Shown here one piece after another: positions 55,515 through 64,000 of a DNA stretch of 64,000 nt; within the stretch, counting starts at the first letter, position 1; every line of letters begins with the position of its first letter. Source of the stretch: Spirochaetia bacterium (lineage in GTDB: Bacteria > Spirochaetota > Spirochaetia > SZUA-6 > Bin103); the NCBI GenBank assembly GCA_965198005.1, contig CBDAOI010000003.1, forward strand, positions 128,001 to 192,000. The letters run 5' to 3'. The translations under genes were made by a program, and so were the position numbers. The notes below the pieces were generated by a model. That model was not told the DNA's origin. It searched no databases and worked only from the letters and a program-made list of their open reading frames with translations.

Positions 55515-56345
55515 CTACACCCACTGCGGCACGCACTCCGTCACCGACGCCCCGCCACCGTCCCGCTGGACGCACGCCCACGTGTGCCAGGCCCGCACCG
55601 CAATCTCCGGCTCGTGCGCGCGCACGAAGTCCACGCCGGTAGCGGCCAGCTGCGCGGCGACGAGCTGCCGGCTCGAGAGCGCGGCCTTGCGCGCCAGGTA
55701 GGCCAGCGTCGCCGCGCCCAGCCGCGCGACCGCCGGCAGCGCCCGCAGCGCCTGCATCTGGTAGGCGATCTTGACCGTGTCGTCGTAGCTGGGATGGAAG
55801 ATGCCGAGGTTGGGATCGAGCACCAGGTCGCGCAACCCCGCCTGCCGCGCCCGCGTCTGCATCCGCCGGAAATAGTCCAGCATCCGGCCGACACCGTACG
55901 GCACCGGCGACGCGGCGCGCATCGCGTACGGATCGGCGTAGGGCAGATACAGCACGCTCAGGGTCGCATTGCGGCGGGCCGCGGCCGCAAACAGCGTGCC
56001 CGGCGGCTCGGCACCGGTGAAGTTGATGAACCGGGCCCCGGCCGCGAGCGACCGCTGCGCGCAGTCCGCGCTCCAGGTGTCGACCGCGACCCGGCAGCCG
56101 TCCGCCACCAGGGTGGTGAGCGCCGGCACCAGCCGTTCCCACTCCACGGCCTCGGTCACCGGAGCCCGGTCGGGGCTGATGGAGCGTGCCCCGAGTTCCA
56201 CCAGCGCAGCCCCCCGGGCGCGCAGGCGGGCGGCGCGGCGCCGTACCGCGGCCACGCCCGCGGCATGAGACCCCGGCACGTTCGACTCGGGCGACAGATT
56301 GAGCACGCCCAGAATGGTCGGCAGGCCCTCGCGGTCAGTGCGCAC
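55515..56345 (-). CDS. folP: Dihydropteroate synthase, divergent
   Basis: GVLNLSPES, AVDTW, LDPNLG, ARK, VRAHE; fol cluster context. Confidence 0.8.
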   Translation of the reverse strand: MRTDREGLPTILGVLNLSPESNVPGSHAAGVAAVRRRAARLRARGAALVELGARSISPDRAPVTEAVEWERLVPALTTLVADGCRVAVDTWSADCAQRSLAAGARFINFTGAEPPGTLFAAAARRNATLSVLYLPYADPYAMRAASPVPYGVGRMLDYFRRMQTRARQAGLRDLVLDPNLGIFHPSYDDTVKIAYQMQALRALPAVARLGAATLAYLARKAALSSRQLVAAQLAATGVDFVRAHEPEIAVRAWHTWACVQRDGGGASVTECVPQWV

Positions 56346-56685
56346 GGAAGATCTCCACCCCCACGTCCCGCGCCTCGGGCACCGCCGCCGGCTTGCGCAC
56401 GGTCACGCGCACCGCACGCGCGCGCGGCTGGCGCAGCACGTGGCGCGCCACCTCCTCGGCCATCGTCTCCAGCAGCCGGAACCGTCCGGCCACCACCAGC
56501 TCCCGCGTCTGCCGCGCCAGCTCCGCGTAGTCCAGAGTATGCTCGAGGCTGCCCGAACGTGCCGCCGGCGCCAGGTCGGCCCCCACCTCCAGACTCACCA
56601 GCAGGTCCTGCGGCGTGGTGCGTTCCCGCGGCAGCACGCCCACGACGCAGCGGATCCTCAGGTCGCGAATGACGATGCGGTCCAC
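56335..56685 (-). CDS. folB: Dihydroneopterin aldolase
   Basis: VGVLPRER..PQ, TLDYA, LLETMAE, VRKP. Confidence 0.92.
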   Translation of the reverse strand: MDRIVIRDLRIRCVVGVLPRERTTPQDLLVSLEVGADLAPAARSGSLEHTLDYAELARQTRELVVAGRFRLLETMAEEVARHVLRQPRARAVRVTVRKPAAVPEARDVGVEIFRAH

Positions 56686-56714
56686 GGCGACAACCGGGCG
56701 GGCGGCGCGGGCGG

Positions 56715-57332
56715 TCAGGAGCCGAGCAGCCGCAGAAACTCGGCGCGGGTGGAGGGCGAGCTGCGAAAGCTCCCCAGCATGCACGATGTCTTCATCTGCG
56801 AGTGCTGCTTCTCGACGCCGCGCATCATCACGCACAGGTGGCTGGCTTCCACCACCACTCCCACGCCCTGCGCGTCCACCGCCGCGCGCACCGCGTTGGC
56901 GACCTGGGTGGTCAGGCGCTCCTGCAACTGCAGCCGCCGGGCGAAGTGATTGACGATGCGCGGGATCTTGGACAGCCCGATGATCCTGCCGGCGGGAATG
57001 TAGGCGACGTGGCACTGGCCGATGAACGGCAAGAGGTGGTGCTCGCACAGCGAATAGGTCTCGATGTTGCACACCATGATCATCTCGTCCGACTCCGATT
57101 CGTAGATGGCGCCGTTGATGATGGTGTGCAGATCCTCGCGGTAGCCGGCAGTGAGGTCGAGCAGCGCCCGCGCCGCGCGCCCCGGCGTGCGCACCAGACC
57201 CTCGCGGTCGCTATCCTCCCCCAGTTCCCGTATAATCCGGCGGTAGCACGCTTCGAGATCTGCGAGATCTGCCGGTTCGCCAGCGGCATTCGACGCCACG
57301 CGCGCTGCTGTGGGTGGTGATACGGTGCTCAA
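56715..57332 (-). CDS. folE: GTP cyclohydrolase I; start uncertain
   Basis: [34 protein letters not shown]. Confidence 0.95.
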   Translation of the reverse strand: MSTVSPPTAARVASNAAGEPADLADLEACYRRIIRELGEDSDREGLVRTPGRAARALLDLTAGYREDLHTIINGAIYESESDEMIMVCNIETYSLCEHHLLPFIGQCHVAYIPAGRIIGLSKIPRIVNHFARRLQLQERLTTQVANAVRAAVDAQGVGVVVEASHLCVMMRGVEKQHSQMKTSCMLGSFRSSPSTRAEFLRLLGS

Positions 57333-57441
57333 GGTGACCGGAATATAGAGGCAGCGTGCGCGCCCGACAACCGTGCGCCAAGCGGACGACAGGCGGCCGC
57401 CGGACGACAGGCGGCCGCCGGACCCAGGAGGCCCTGTACAG

Positions 57442-58395
57442 ATGGTTGGAAAAGCCAGGATCGCGGTGATCGGCGCCGGCAACGTCGGCGCCTCGTGCGC
57501 GCTCTGGATCGTATCGCAGCAGCTCGGTGACGTGGTGCTGCTGGACATCCCGCAGATGGAGAACCCGACCCGGGGCAAGGCGCTGGACCTGTACGAGTGC
57601 GCGCCGATCCGCCGGTTCGACTGCACGGTGACCGGCACCGCCGACTACGCGGCGATCGCGGGCGCCGACGTGGTGGTGCTCACCGCCGGCCTGCCGCGCA
57701 AGCCGGGCATGAGCCGCGACGACCTGATCAAGACCAACGTCGCGATCGTGCGCAGCGTGAGCGAGCAGATCGCCGCCCATGCCCCCGACAGCGTCGTGAT
57801 CGTGGTGAGCAACCCGCTCGACGCCATGGTCTACACCGCCTGGAAGACGACCGGCTTTCCCACCAACCGCATCGTCGGCCAGGCCGGCTGCCTGGACACC
57901 GGCCGGTTCAAGACCTTCATCGCCGAGGAGACCGGCTTTTCGGTGGAGGACATCAACACCCTGCTGCTCGGCGGCCACGGCGACGACATGGTGCCGTTGC
58001 CGCGCTTCACCAACATCGCCGGCATCCCGGTGACCGAATTCATCAGCGAGCAGCGGCTGGCCGAGCTGGTGGACCGCGCCAAGCAGGGCGGCGGTGAGAT
58101 CGTGGGGCTGCTGGGCACCAGCGCCTACTACGCGCCCGGCGCCGCGGTGACGCAGATGGTGGAGGCGATCGTGCGCGACAAGAAGCGGATCCTGCCGTGC
58201 GCGGGTTACTGCGCCGGTCACTACGGGATCGACGGCCTGTTCGTGGGCGTCCCGTGCGTGCTCGGCGCCGGCGGCATGGAGCGCGTGCTGGAGGTGAGCC
58301 TCGAGGCGGACGAGCGGCGCCTGCTGGCGGAGTCGGCGGCGCACGTGGGCGAGCTGGTGGACGTCGTGCGGCGCCTGTACCCGGAGCTGGCCTGA
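57442..58395 (+). CDS. mdh: Malate dehydrogenase (LDH-like)
   Basis: [31 protein letters not shown]. Confidence 0.95.
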   Translation: MVGKARIAVIGAGNVGASCALWIVSQQLGDVVLLDIPQMENPTRGKALDLYECAPIRRFDCTVTGTADYAAIAGADVVVLTAGLPRKPGMSRDDLIKTNVAIVRSVSEQIAAHAPDSVVIVVSNPLDAMVYTAWKTTGFPTNRIVGQAGCLDTGRFKTFIAEETGFSVEDINTLLLGGHGDDMVPLPRFTNIAGIPVTEFISEQRLAELVDRAKQGGGEIVGLLGTSAYYAPGAAVTQMVEAIVRDKKRILPCAGYCAGHYGIDGLFVGVPCVLGAGGMERVLEVSLEADERRLLAESAAHVGELVDVVRRLYPELA

Positions 58396-58397
58396 CC

Positions 58398-59852
58398 GTG
58401 GGGACGCGCGCGCCGGCGCCCGCTCCGGCCGTGGGCGGCGGCTCGAGTGCCGGCCCGGGGGCGGAAGTGCGGCGCGAGACCGATTCGCTGGGGGCGGTCG
58501 AGGTAGCGGCCGACCGCCTGTGGGGCGCCCAGACCCAGCGCTCGCTGGAGAACTTCCGCATCGGCGGCGAACGGATGCCGCTGGAGGTGATCCGCGCCTT
58601 CGGCATCCTCAAGAAGGCGGCGGCACAGGTCAACCGGGAGCTGGGCCTGCTGGATGAGCGCCTTTGCGAGTTGATCGTGCGCGCCGCCGACGAGGTGATC
58701 GCCGGCGCCTGGGACGACCACTTCCCGCTGGTGGTGTGGCAGACCGGCAGCGGCACCCAGTCCAACATGAACCTGAACGAGGTGATCTCCAACCGCGCCA
58801 TCCAGCTCTGCGGCGGCGAGCCGGGCAGCAAGGACCCGGTGCACCCCAACGATCACGTCAACCTGTCGCAGTCCTCCAACGACACTTTTCCCACGGCGAT
58901 GCACGTCGCTGCGGTCACGGCCCTGCACCAGCGGCTGCTGCCGGCGCTGGCCGATCTGGAGCAGGCGCTGGCCGCCAAGAGCCGGGAATTCGACGGCATC
59001 GTCAAGATCGGCCGCACCCACCTGATGGACGCGGTGCCGCTGACCCTGGGCCAGGAGTTCTCCGGTTACGCGGTGCAGGTCGCGCGCGGAGCGGAGCGGA
59101 TTCGCGCCACCCTGCCGAGGCTGCTGGAGCTGGCGCTGGGCGGCACCGCGGTCGGCACCGGGCTCAACAGCCACCCCCGGTTTGCGCAGCGCGTGGCCGC
59201 CGTGATCGCCCAGCTTACCGGCTACCCGTTCGAGACCGCGCCCAACAAGTTCGAGGCGCTGGCGGCGCACGACGCCGTGGTCCAGTGCAGCGGCGCCCTC
59301 AAGACCACGGCCGCGGCGCTGATGAAGGTGGCCAACGACGTGCGCTGGCTGGCGTCCGGCCCGCGCAGCGGTATCGGCGAGTTGACCATCCCGCCCAACG
59401 AGCCGGGCAGCTCGATCATGCCGGGCAAGGTCAACCCCACCCAGGCCGAGGCGCTGACCATGGTGGCGGTGCAGGTGCTGGGCAATGACGCCGCCATCGG
59501 CTTCGCCGGCGCCTCCGGCAACTTCGAGCTGAACGTGTACAAGCCGGTGCTGATCTACAACCTGCTGCAGTCGATCGGCCTGCTGGCCGACGCCGCCGAC
59601 AGCTTCCGCCGTCACTGCGTGATCGGCATCGGCGCCGACCGGCGCCGGATCGAGCAACTGGTGGGCAACTCGCTGATGCTGGTGACCGCGCTGACCCCGC
59701 ACGTCGGCTACGACAAGGCGGCCGAGGTCGCCAAGCGCGCCCATGCCGCGGGTGGCACGCTGCGGCAGGCGGCGCTGGAGCTGGGCTACGTCACCGGCGA
59801 GCAGTTCGACGCCTGGGTGCAGCCGCGGCGGATGACGCGCCCGGGAGACTGA
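58398..59852 (+). CDS. fumC: Class II fumarate hydratase
   Basis: [25 protein letters not shown]. Confidence 0.97.
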   Translation: MGTRAPAPAPAVGGGSSAGPGAEVRRETDSLGAVEVAADRLWGAQTQRSLENFRIGGERMPLEVIRAFGILKKAAAQVNRELGLLDERLCELIVRAADEVIAGAWDDHFPLVVWQTGSGTQSNMNLNEVISNRAIQLCGGEPGSKDPVHPNDHVNLSQSSNDTFPTAMHVAAVTALHQRLLPALADLEQALAAKSREFDGIVKIGRTHLMDAVPLTLGQEFSGYAVQVARGAERIRATLPRLLELALGGTAVGTGLNSHPRFAQRVAAVIAQLTGYPFETAPNKFEALAAHDAVVQCSGALKTTAAALMKVANDVRWLASGPRSGIGELTIPPNEPGSSIMPGKVNPTQAEALTMVAVQVLGNDAAIGFAGASGNFELNVYKPVLIYNLLQSIGLLADAADSFRRHCVIGIGADRRRIEQLVGNSLMLVTALTPHVGYDKAAEVAKRAHAAGGTLRQAALELGYVTGEQFDAWVQPRRMTRPGD

Positions 59853-59866
59853 AGGGTGGCACGGGC

Positions 59867-60940
59867 ATGACGGCAGTACACCGGTTGCGCGAAGACGTGG
59901 CGGCTCTGGCCACCGCCGAGGGCCGCAAGCCGGGCACCCTCGGCCACCGCCGTGCCGAAGACTACCTGGTGGAGCGGCTGCACGCGATCGGCCTGCGGCC
60001 GTACCGGGGCGACTCCTACCGCCTGCCGTTCAGCGCGCCCAGCGTGCCCAGCGGGCCCAGCGGGCCCGGCGTGCCCGACGCGGCGGCCGGCGGCACGCCC
60101 GGCGCGGCCGCCACCGAAGGCATGAACCTGATCGCGGTGGCGGCCGGGACCCGGCGCGAGGCGCCGCCGCTGCTGCTGGGCGCCCACTACGACAGCGCGC
60201 TGGAAGCTCCCTGCGCCGACGACAACGCGGCGGCGGTGGCCATCGTCCTGGAAGTGGCGCGGGAACTGGTGGACCGCCCGTTGACGCGCGACGTGGTGGT
60301 GGCGCTGTTCGACAACGAGGAGCAGCCCTACGCGGGCTCACCGGCCATGGGCAGCATCAACTTCCACACGCGGCAGATGGACCAGCGCGGGATCGCCTGC
60401 GCGCTGATCCAGGACCTCACCGGCCACGAGGTGCGGCTCCCGGTCGGTGGCCGGCAGCGCCGGCTGCCGCGCGTCCGCAACCTGCTGTTCATGACCGGCG
60501 CGGAGTCGCACGCGGAGCTGGCCCCGGCCGTGGCGGGCTGCCGGCGGCCGTGGCGGCTGCCGCTGATCGCCACCCTCAATAGCTACGTCGGCGACGTCAG
60601 CGATCACCTGCCGTTTCGCCGCGCCGGACAGCCCTACCTGTTCTTCTCCTGCGGCCGCTGGGAACACTACCACCGGCAGAGCGACACCCCGGAGCACCTC
60701 AACTACGGCAAGATGCGGCGCATCGCCCACTTCCTCACCGCCCTGCTCGGCGCCCTGGATCGCCTGCCGTTCGCCGCCGCCGCCGCTCCCCCCGACACCA
60801 CCACCTTCGAGCTGCAATCCCTGCGCACCGCGCTCGGCCCCTGGCTGTTCGTCGTGCGCCGCCTCCTGCGGCTCGGCAAGATCGAGACCCGCGCCGACCT
60901 CGACCGCCTCGCCCAGGCCCTCCTGGCCACCGGCCTCTGA
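59867..60940 (+). CDS. M28-family metallopeptidase
   Basis: GAHYDS, ADDNAAAV, FDNEE, SDH.PF, YHRQSDT. Confidence 0.88.
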   Translation: MTAVHRLREDVAALATAEGRKPGTLGHRRAEDYLVERLHAIGLRPYRGDSYRLPFSAPSVPSGPSGPGVPDAAAGGTPGAAATEGMNLIAVAAGTRREAPPLLLGAHYDSALEAPCADDNAAAVAIVLEVARELVDRPLTRDVVVALFDNEEQPYAGSPAMGSINFHTRQMDQRGIACALIQDLTGHEVRLPVGGRQRRLPRVRNLLFMTGAESHAELAPAVAGCRRPWRLPLIATLNSYVGDVSDHLPFRRAGQPYLFFSCGRWEHYHRQSDTPEHLNYGKMRRIAHFLTALLGALDRLPFAAAAAPPDTTTFELQSLRTALGPWLFVVRRLLRLGKIETRADLDRLAQALLATGL

Positions 60941-61118
60941 CACGCGCACGCGCGCTCCCCGAAGTCGAACCAGGCATCTCCTACTGAGTCTGCCGACGCC
61001 GCCGCGCGCCGCTCGAGGCGATGCAGGCCATGGCGAAGACGAGGCATGACTTGTCTAGTCGTAACTTGTCGAAACACGACTTGACGATTCTGGGAACAGC
61101 TCTCATCCTACGATTACG

Positions 61119-62516
61119 GTGAGGTTTATCGGTCGCGACGCGGAATTGAACGTCTTGCAGCGTGCCTTCCATTCGCCCAGATCGGAGCTCATTCCGATCT
61201 ACGGCCGGCGCCGGGTGGGCAAGAGCGAGCTGATCCTGAAGTTCATGGCGCACAAGCCCGGTGTCTACTACCTGGGCCAGCAGTCTTCGACGGCGCTGCA
61301 GGTGCGGGAGTTCCTGGCCGAGGCCGCCCGCGCGCTCGACCTGCCGCTGCTGGCCGAGTTGCGCGCCGCCGGATGGCAACAGGCGCTACGCACGGTAACG
61401 GAGCAATGGGCCGCCACCAACCCGGCAACGAAGCTCGTGCTGGCGCTCGACGAGTTTCAGTGGATCGCCGCCTCCAGCCCCAGCCTGCTGTCGGAGCTGC
61501 AGCACTGCTGGGACCGGTGGTGGCGGGATGCCGGCAACGTCGTGCTCCTGCTGTGCGGTTCGTATCTCGGTTTCATGGAGCGGGACGTGCTGGGCAGCAA
61601 GAGCCCGCTGTTCGGCCGGCGCACCGCCCAGATCCACCTGCAACCGTTCGGCTATCGGGATGCCGCCCGGTTCCATCCGCGATGGTCGCCCGAGGACCAG
61701 GCACGGGCCTACTTCCTGGTCGGCGGGCTGCCTCAGTACCTGCTCTGCCTGGACGACCGCCGCTCCATCGACGCCAACATCCGGGAGCATCTGCTTGCCG
61801 AGTTCGCCCCGCTGTTTCACGAACCCGTCTTTCTGCTGCGTGAGGAACTGCGCGAGATCGCCCCGTACCAGGCAGTTCTTCATTCCGTCGCGTCCGGCCA
61901 TGGCACCGCGCCCGCGATTGCCACCGCCACCGGGTTGCCGGAGCGCAGCCTGCACTACTATCTGCAGCAGCTCACGGGCCTCGGCTACCTGCGCCGCCGC
62001 TATCCGCTGGAACGCCGGCGTCCCAATCCGCGTCAGGTACGCTTCGAAATCGAAGACCCGTTGCTGCGGTTCTGGTTCCGCTTCGTGTTCCCCAACGTGA
62101 GCGTGATCCGCGCCAGCGGCCCGGCGCGCGCCTTTACGGAGCGCATCGCGCCGTCACTCGACGCCTGGTTCGGCGGCTGCTTCGAACGGCTCTGTCGCGA
62201 GGCGCTGCCGCTGATCTACGCCCAAGAGGGGGTCGCCGCCGGCTTCGAGGTCGGCGAGTACTGGAGCCCGGCGACTCAGATCGACGTCGTCGGCATGCGC
62301 GACGACAACTGGACCGACCTCGGGGAGTGCAAATGGGGTTCGGTGCGGTCGCCCCGTGCCCTGGAAACCGAGCTGGAACGCAAGCTGCAGCAGTATCCCA
62401 ACAGCCGCGGCGCAACGCTCGGACGACGCTACTTCACCCGCCGCAAGCCGGCCGCAAGACGCGGAGCCGACCGCTGGTACTCCCTCAAGGACCTCTATAC
62501 CCCGCATGCCACCTGA
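61119..62516 (+). CDS. Archaeal-type ATPase with C-terminal DUF234-like nuclease domain
   Basis: FIGRDAEL, YGRRRVGKS, LDEFQW, FWFRFV, GECKW. Confidence 0.88.
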   Translation: MRFIGRDAELNVLQRAFHSPRSELIPIYGRRRVGKSELILKFMAHKPGVYYLGQQSSTALQVREFLAEAARALDLPLLAELRAAGWQQALRTVTEQWAATNPATKLVLALDEFQWIAASSPSLLSELQHCWDRWWRDAGNVVLLLCGSYLGFMERDVLGSKSPLFGRRTAQIHLQPFGYRDAARFHPRWSPEDQARAYFLVGGLPQYLLCLDDRRSIDANIREHLLAEFAPLFHEPVFLLREELREIAPYQAVLHSVASGHGTAPAIATATGLPERSLHYYLQQLTGLGYLRRRYPLERRRPNPRQVRFEIEDPLLRFWFRFVFPNVSVIRASGPARAFTERIAPSLDAWFGGCFERLCREALPLIYAQEGVAAGFEVGEYWSPATQIDVVGMRDDNWTDLGECKWGSVRSPRALETELERKLQQYPNSRGATLGRRYFTRRKPAARRGADRWYSLKDLYTPHAT

Positions 62517-62595
62517 TCCGCGCCCCGCTTCGTCCCGCTTTGCGTTTCCGGTGGTGGTAGCAAATCCTCGGCGGATCGGTCACGGTGGAGTCGTC

Positions 62596-63003
62596 ATGGC
62601 GGAACGCAAGGCTGAGGCGTGGTCGGGCTGGCGGTTCTTCGTCGTCGGGCTCCTGTGGCTGCCGGTGGGGGTCGCCCTCTCGGCGCTGGTGCGCGGCCTC
62701 GGGTTCACGGCCGCGCCAGGACCGTGGCCGACGATGGCGCTGATGCTGGCCTCGTCACTGGTCGTGGTCGCGCCGGCGGGGCTGCCGCTGGCGCTGGCGT
62801 GCCGGCAACTCCGGCGGCTGGGGTACGTGCGGGTGACCTGGGCCGCCATTGCGGTGCTGGCGCCCGCCACCGTAGCCGCGTCCCTGCTCGCGGGGCTGCT
62901 CGGGCCGCTGGCGATCGCCGTCTACGCGGCGCTCCTGAGCCTGCCGGTGTGGATTGCGGTGGGGGTGCTGCGCCGCCGGCGTCGACCCGGACCGGCAGAT
63001 TGA
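62596..63003 (+). CDS. Hypothetical membrane protein
   Basis: Several hydrophobic segments, GGAG SD. Confidence 0.6.
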   Translation: MAERKAEAWSGWRFFVVGLLWLPVGVALSALVRGLGFTAAPGPWPTMALMLASSLVVVAPAGLPLALACRQLRRLGYVRVTWAAIAVLAPATVAASLLAGLLGPLAIAVYAALLSLPVWIAVGVLRRRRRPGPAD

Positions 63004-63035
63004 CGGACTCGGGAATCTGAGCAGGAGACACACGG

Positions 63036-64000
63036 TTGGAACACGTGGGCGAGATCGAGAAACGACTCTGGTCCAGCGCGGACAACCTGCGGGCCAACTC
63101 CAACTTCGCCAGCAACGAGTACTTCCTGCCCGTCATGGGGCTGATCTTCCTGCGCCACGCCTGCAGCCGCTTCCTCAAGGTCAAGGCCGAGATCGAGCCC
63201 TCGCTGCCGAGGCGCGGCGGCAGGCCACGCGCACTCACCAAGGAGGACTTCTCCCGGAAAGGCGCGATCTTCCTGCATTCGGAGGCGCAGTTCGACCATC
63301 TCGTCTCCCGGCCTGACAGCGCTGATCGCGCGCAGGTGATCATCGATGCGATGGAGAAGATCGAGCAGGACTACGAGACCCTGCGCGGCGCCCTGCCCAA
63401 GGCCGAGTACCAGGAACTCGACAACGACGTGCTCGGCCAGCTTCTGCGCACTTTCGACGACCCGGCCCTGAGGCGCGCGGACGGCGACGTGTTCGGGCGC
63501 ATCTACGAGTACTTCCTCACCCAGTTCGCCGACCAGAAGGCGCATGACGGCGGCGAGTTCTTCACGCCGGTCGCGCTGGTCCAGACCATCGTCAAGGTCA
63601 TCGAGCCGGACCACGGCCGCGTGCTCGACCCGGCCTGCGGCTCGGGCGGGATGTTCGTGCAGAGCGCGCACTTCATCGAACGCATGCACCTCGACCCGAC
63701 CGAACGGGCGACGTTCTTCGGCATGGAGAAGAACCCGACGACGATCCGCCTCGCCAACATGAACCTCGCCGTGCACGGCCTCGAGGGCAACATCCACAAG
63801 GCCATCACCTACTACGAGGACCCGCACGAGTTGTTCGGCACGTGCGACTTCGTCATGGCCAATCCGCCGTTCAACGTCGACGAAGTGGACGCGGAGAAGG
63901 TGAAGAACGACCCGCGCCTGCCCTATGCCCTACCTGGCGTGAACAAGAAGGGCAAGGTCTCCAACGGCAACTACCTCTGGATCTCCTACTTCGACAGCTA
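63036..64000 (+). CDS. hsdM: Type I restriction-modification methyltransferase M subunit (partial)
   Basis: LWSSADNLRAN, GRIYEYFL, GEFFTP, DPACGSGGMF, ANPPFN; runs off the window. Confidence 0.95.
   Translation, partial: MEHVGEIEKRLWSSADNLRANSNFASNEYFLPVMGLIFLRHACSRFLKVKAEIEPSLPRRGGRPRALTKEDFSRKGAIFLHSEAQFDHLVSRPDSADRAQVIIDAMEKIEQDYETLRGALPKAEYQELDNDVLGQLLRTFDDPALRRADGDVFGRIYEYFLTQFADQKAHDGGEFFTPVALVQTIVKVIEPDHGRVLDPACGSGGMFVQSAHFIERMHLDPTERATFFGMEKNPTTIRLANMNLAVHGLEGNIHKAITYYEDPHELFGTCDFVMANPPFNVDEVDAEKVKNDPRLPYALPGVNKKGKVSNGNYLWISYFDS

Overview
GC-rich bacterial DNA, probably from a Spirochaetota member. The basis is a spirochaete-type FlgM near rsmI and 'LVLTATGLWAxGAEEE' signal peptides on solute-binding proteins; this taxon call is an inference. 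Intact housekeeping blocks are pntAB, hisA/hisE, purL/purQ, tRNA-Ala, lspA, flgM, rsmI, a folE-folB-folP-folK-SDR cluster and mdh-fumC. These alternate with heavily eroded accessory regions made of fused gene fragments: many toxin-antitoxin and ATPase remnants and a decayed SNF2 helicase/DUF499 defence locus. Main mobile elements: (1) two copies of a ~3.7-kb four-gene transposon with TGT...ACA ends, subterminal GCCAG repeats and a 7-bp target duplication (Zn-finger protein, unknown protein, DDE transposase, AAA ATPase); (2) an IS110 with a bridge-RNA-like two-hairpin left end; (3) a group II intron plus a 5' fragment of a second copy; (4) other transposase remnants. Two ATPase-less peptide/nickel ABC cassettes have mosaic binding proteins, each preceded by an SD-led mini-ORF and a structured leader. 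A ~150-bp promoter plus non-coding element occurs twice with no gene behind it. PurL carries a large low-complexity insertion. Many single-base frameshifts may be sequencing or assembly errors. All family names come from motif recognition by eye; no database search was run.
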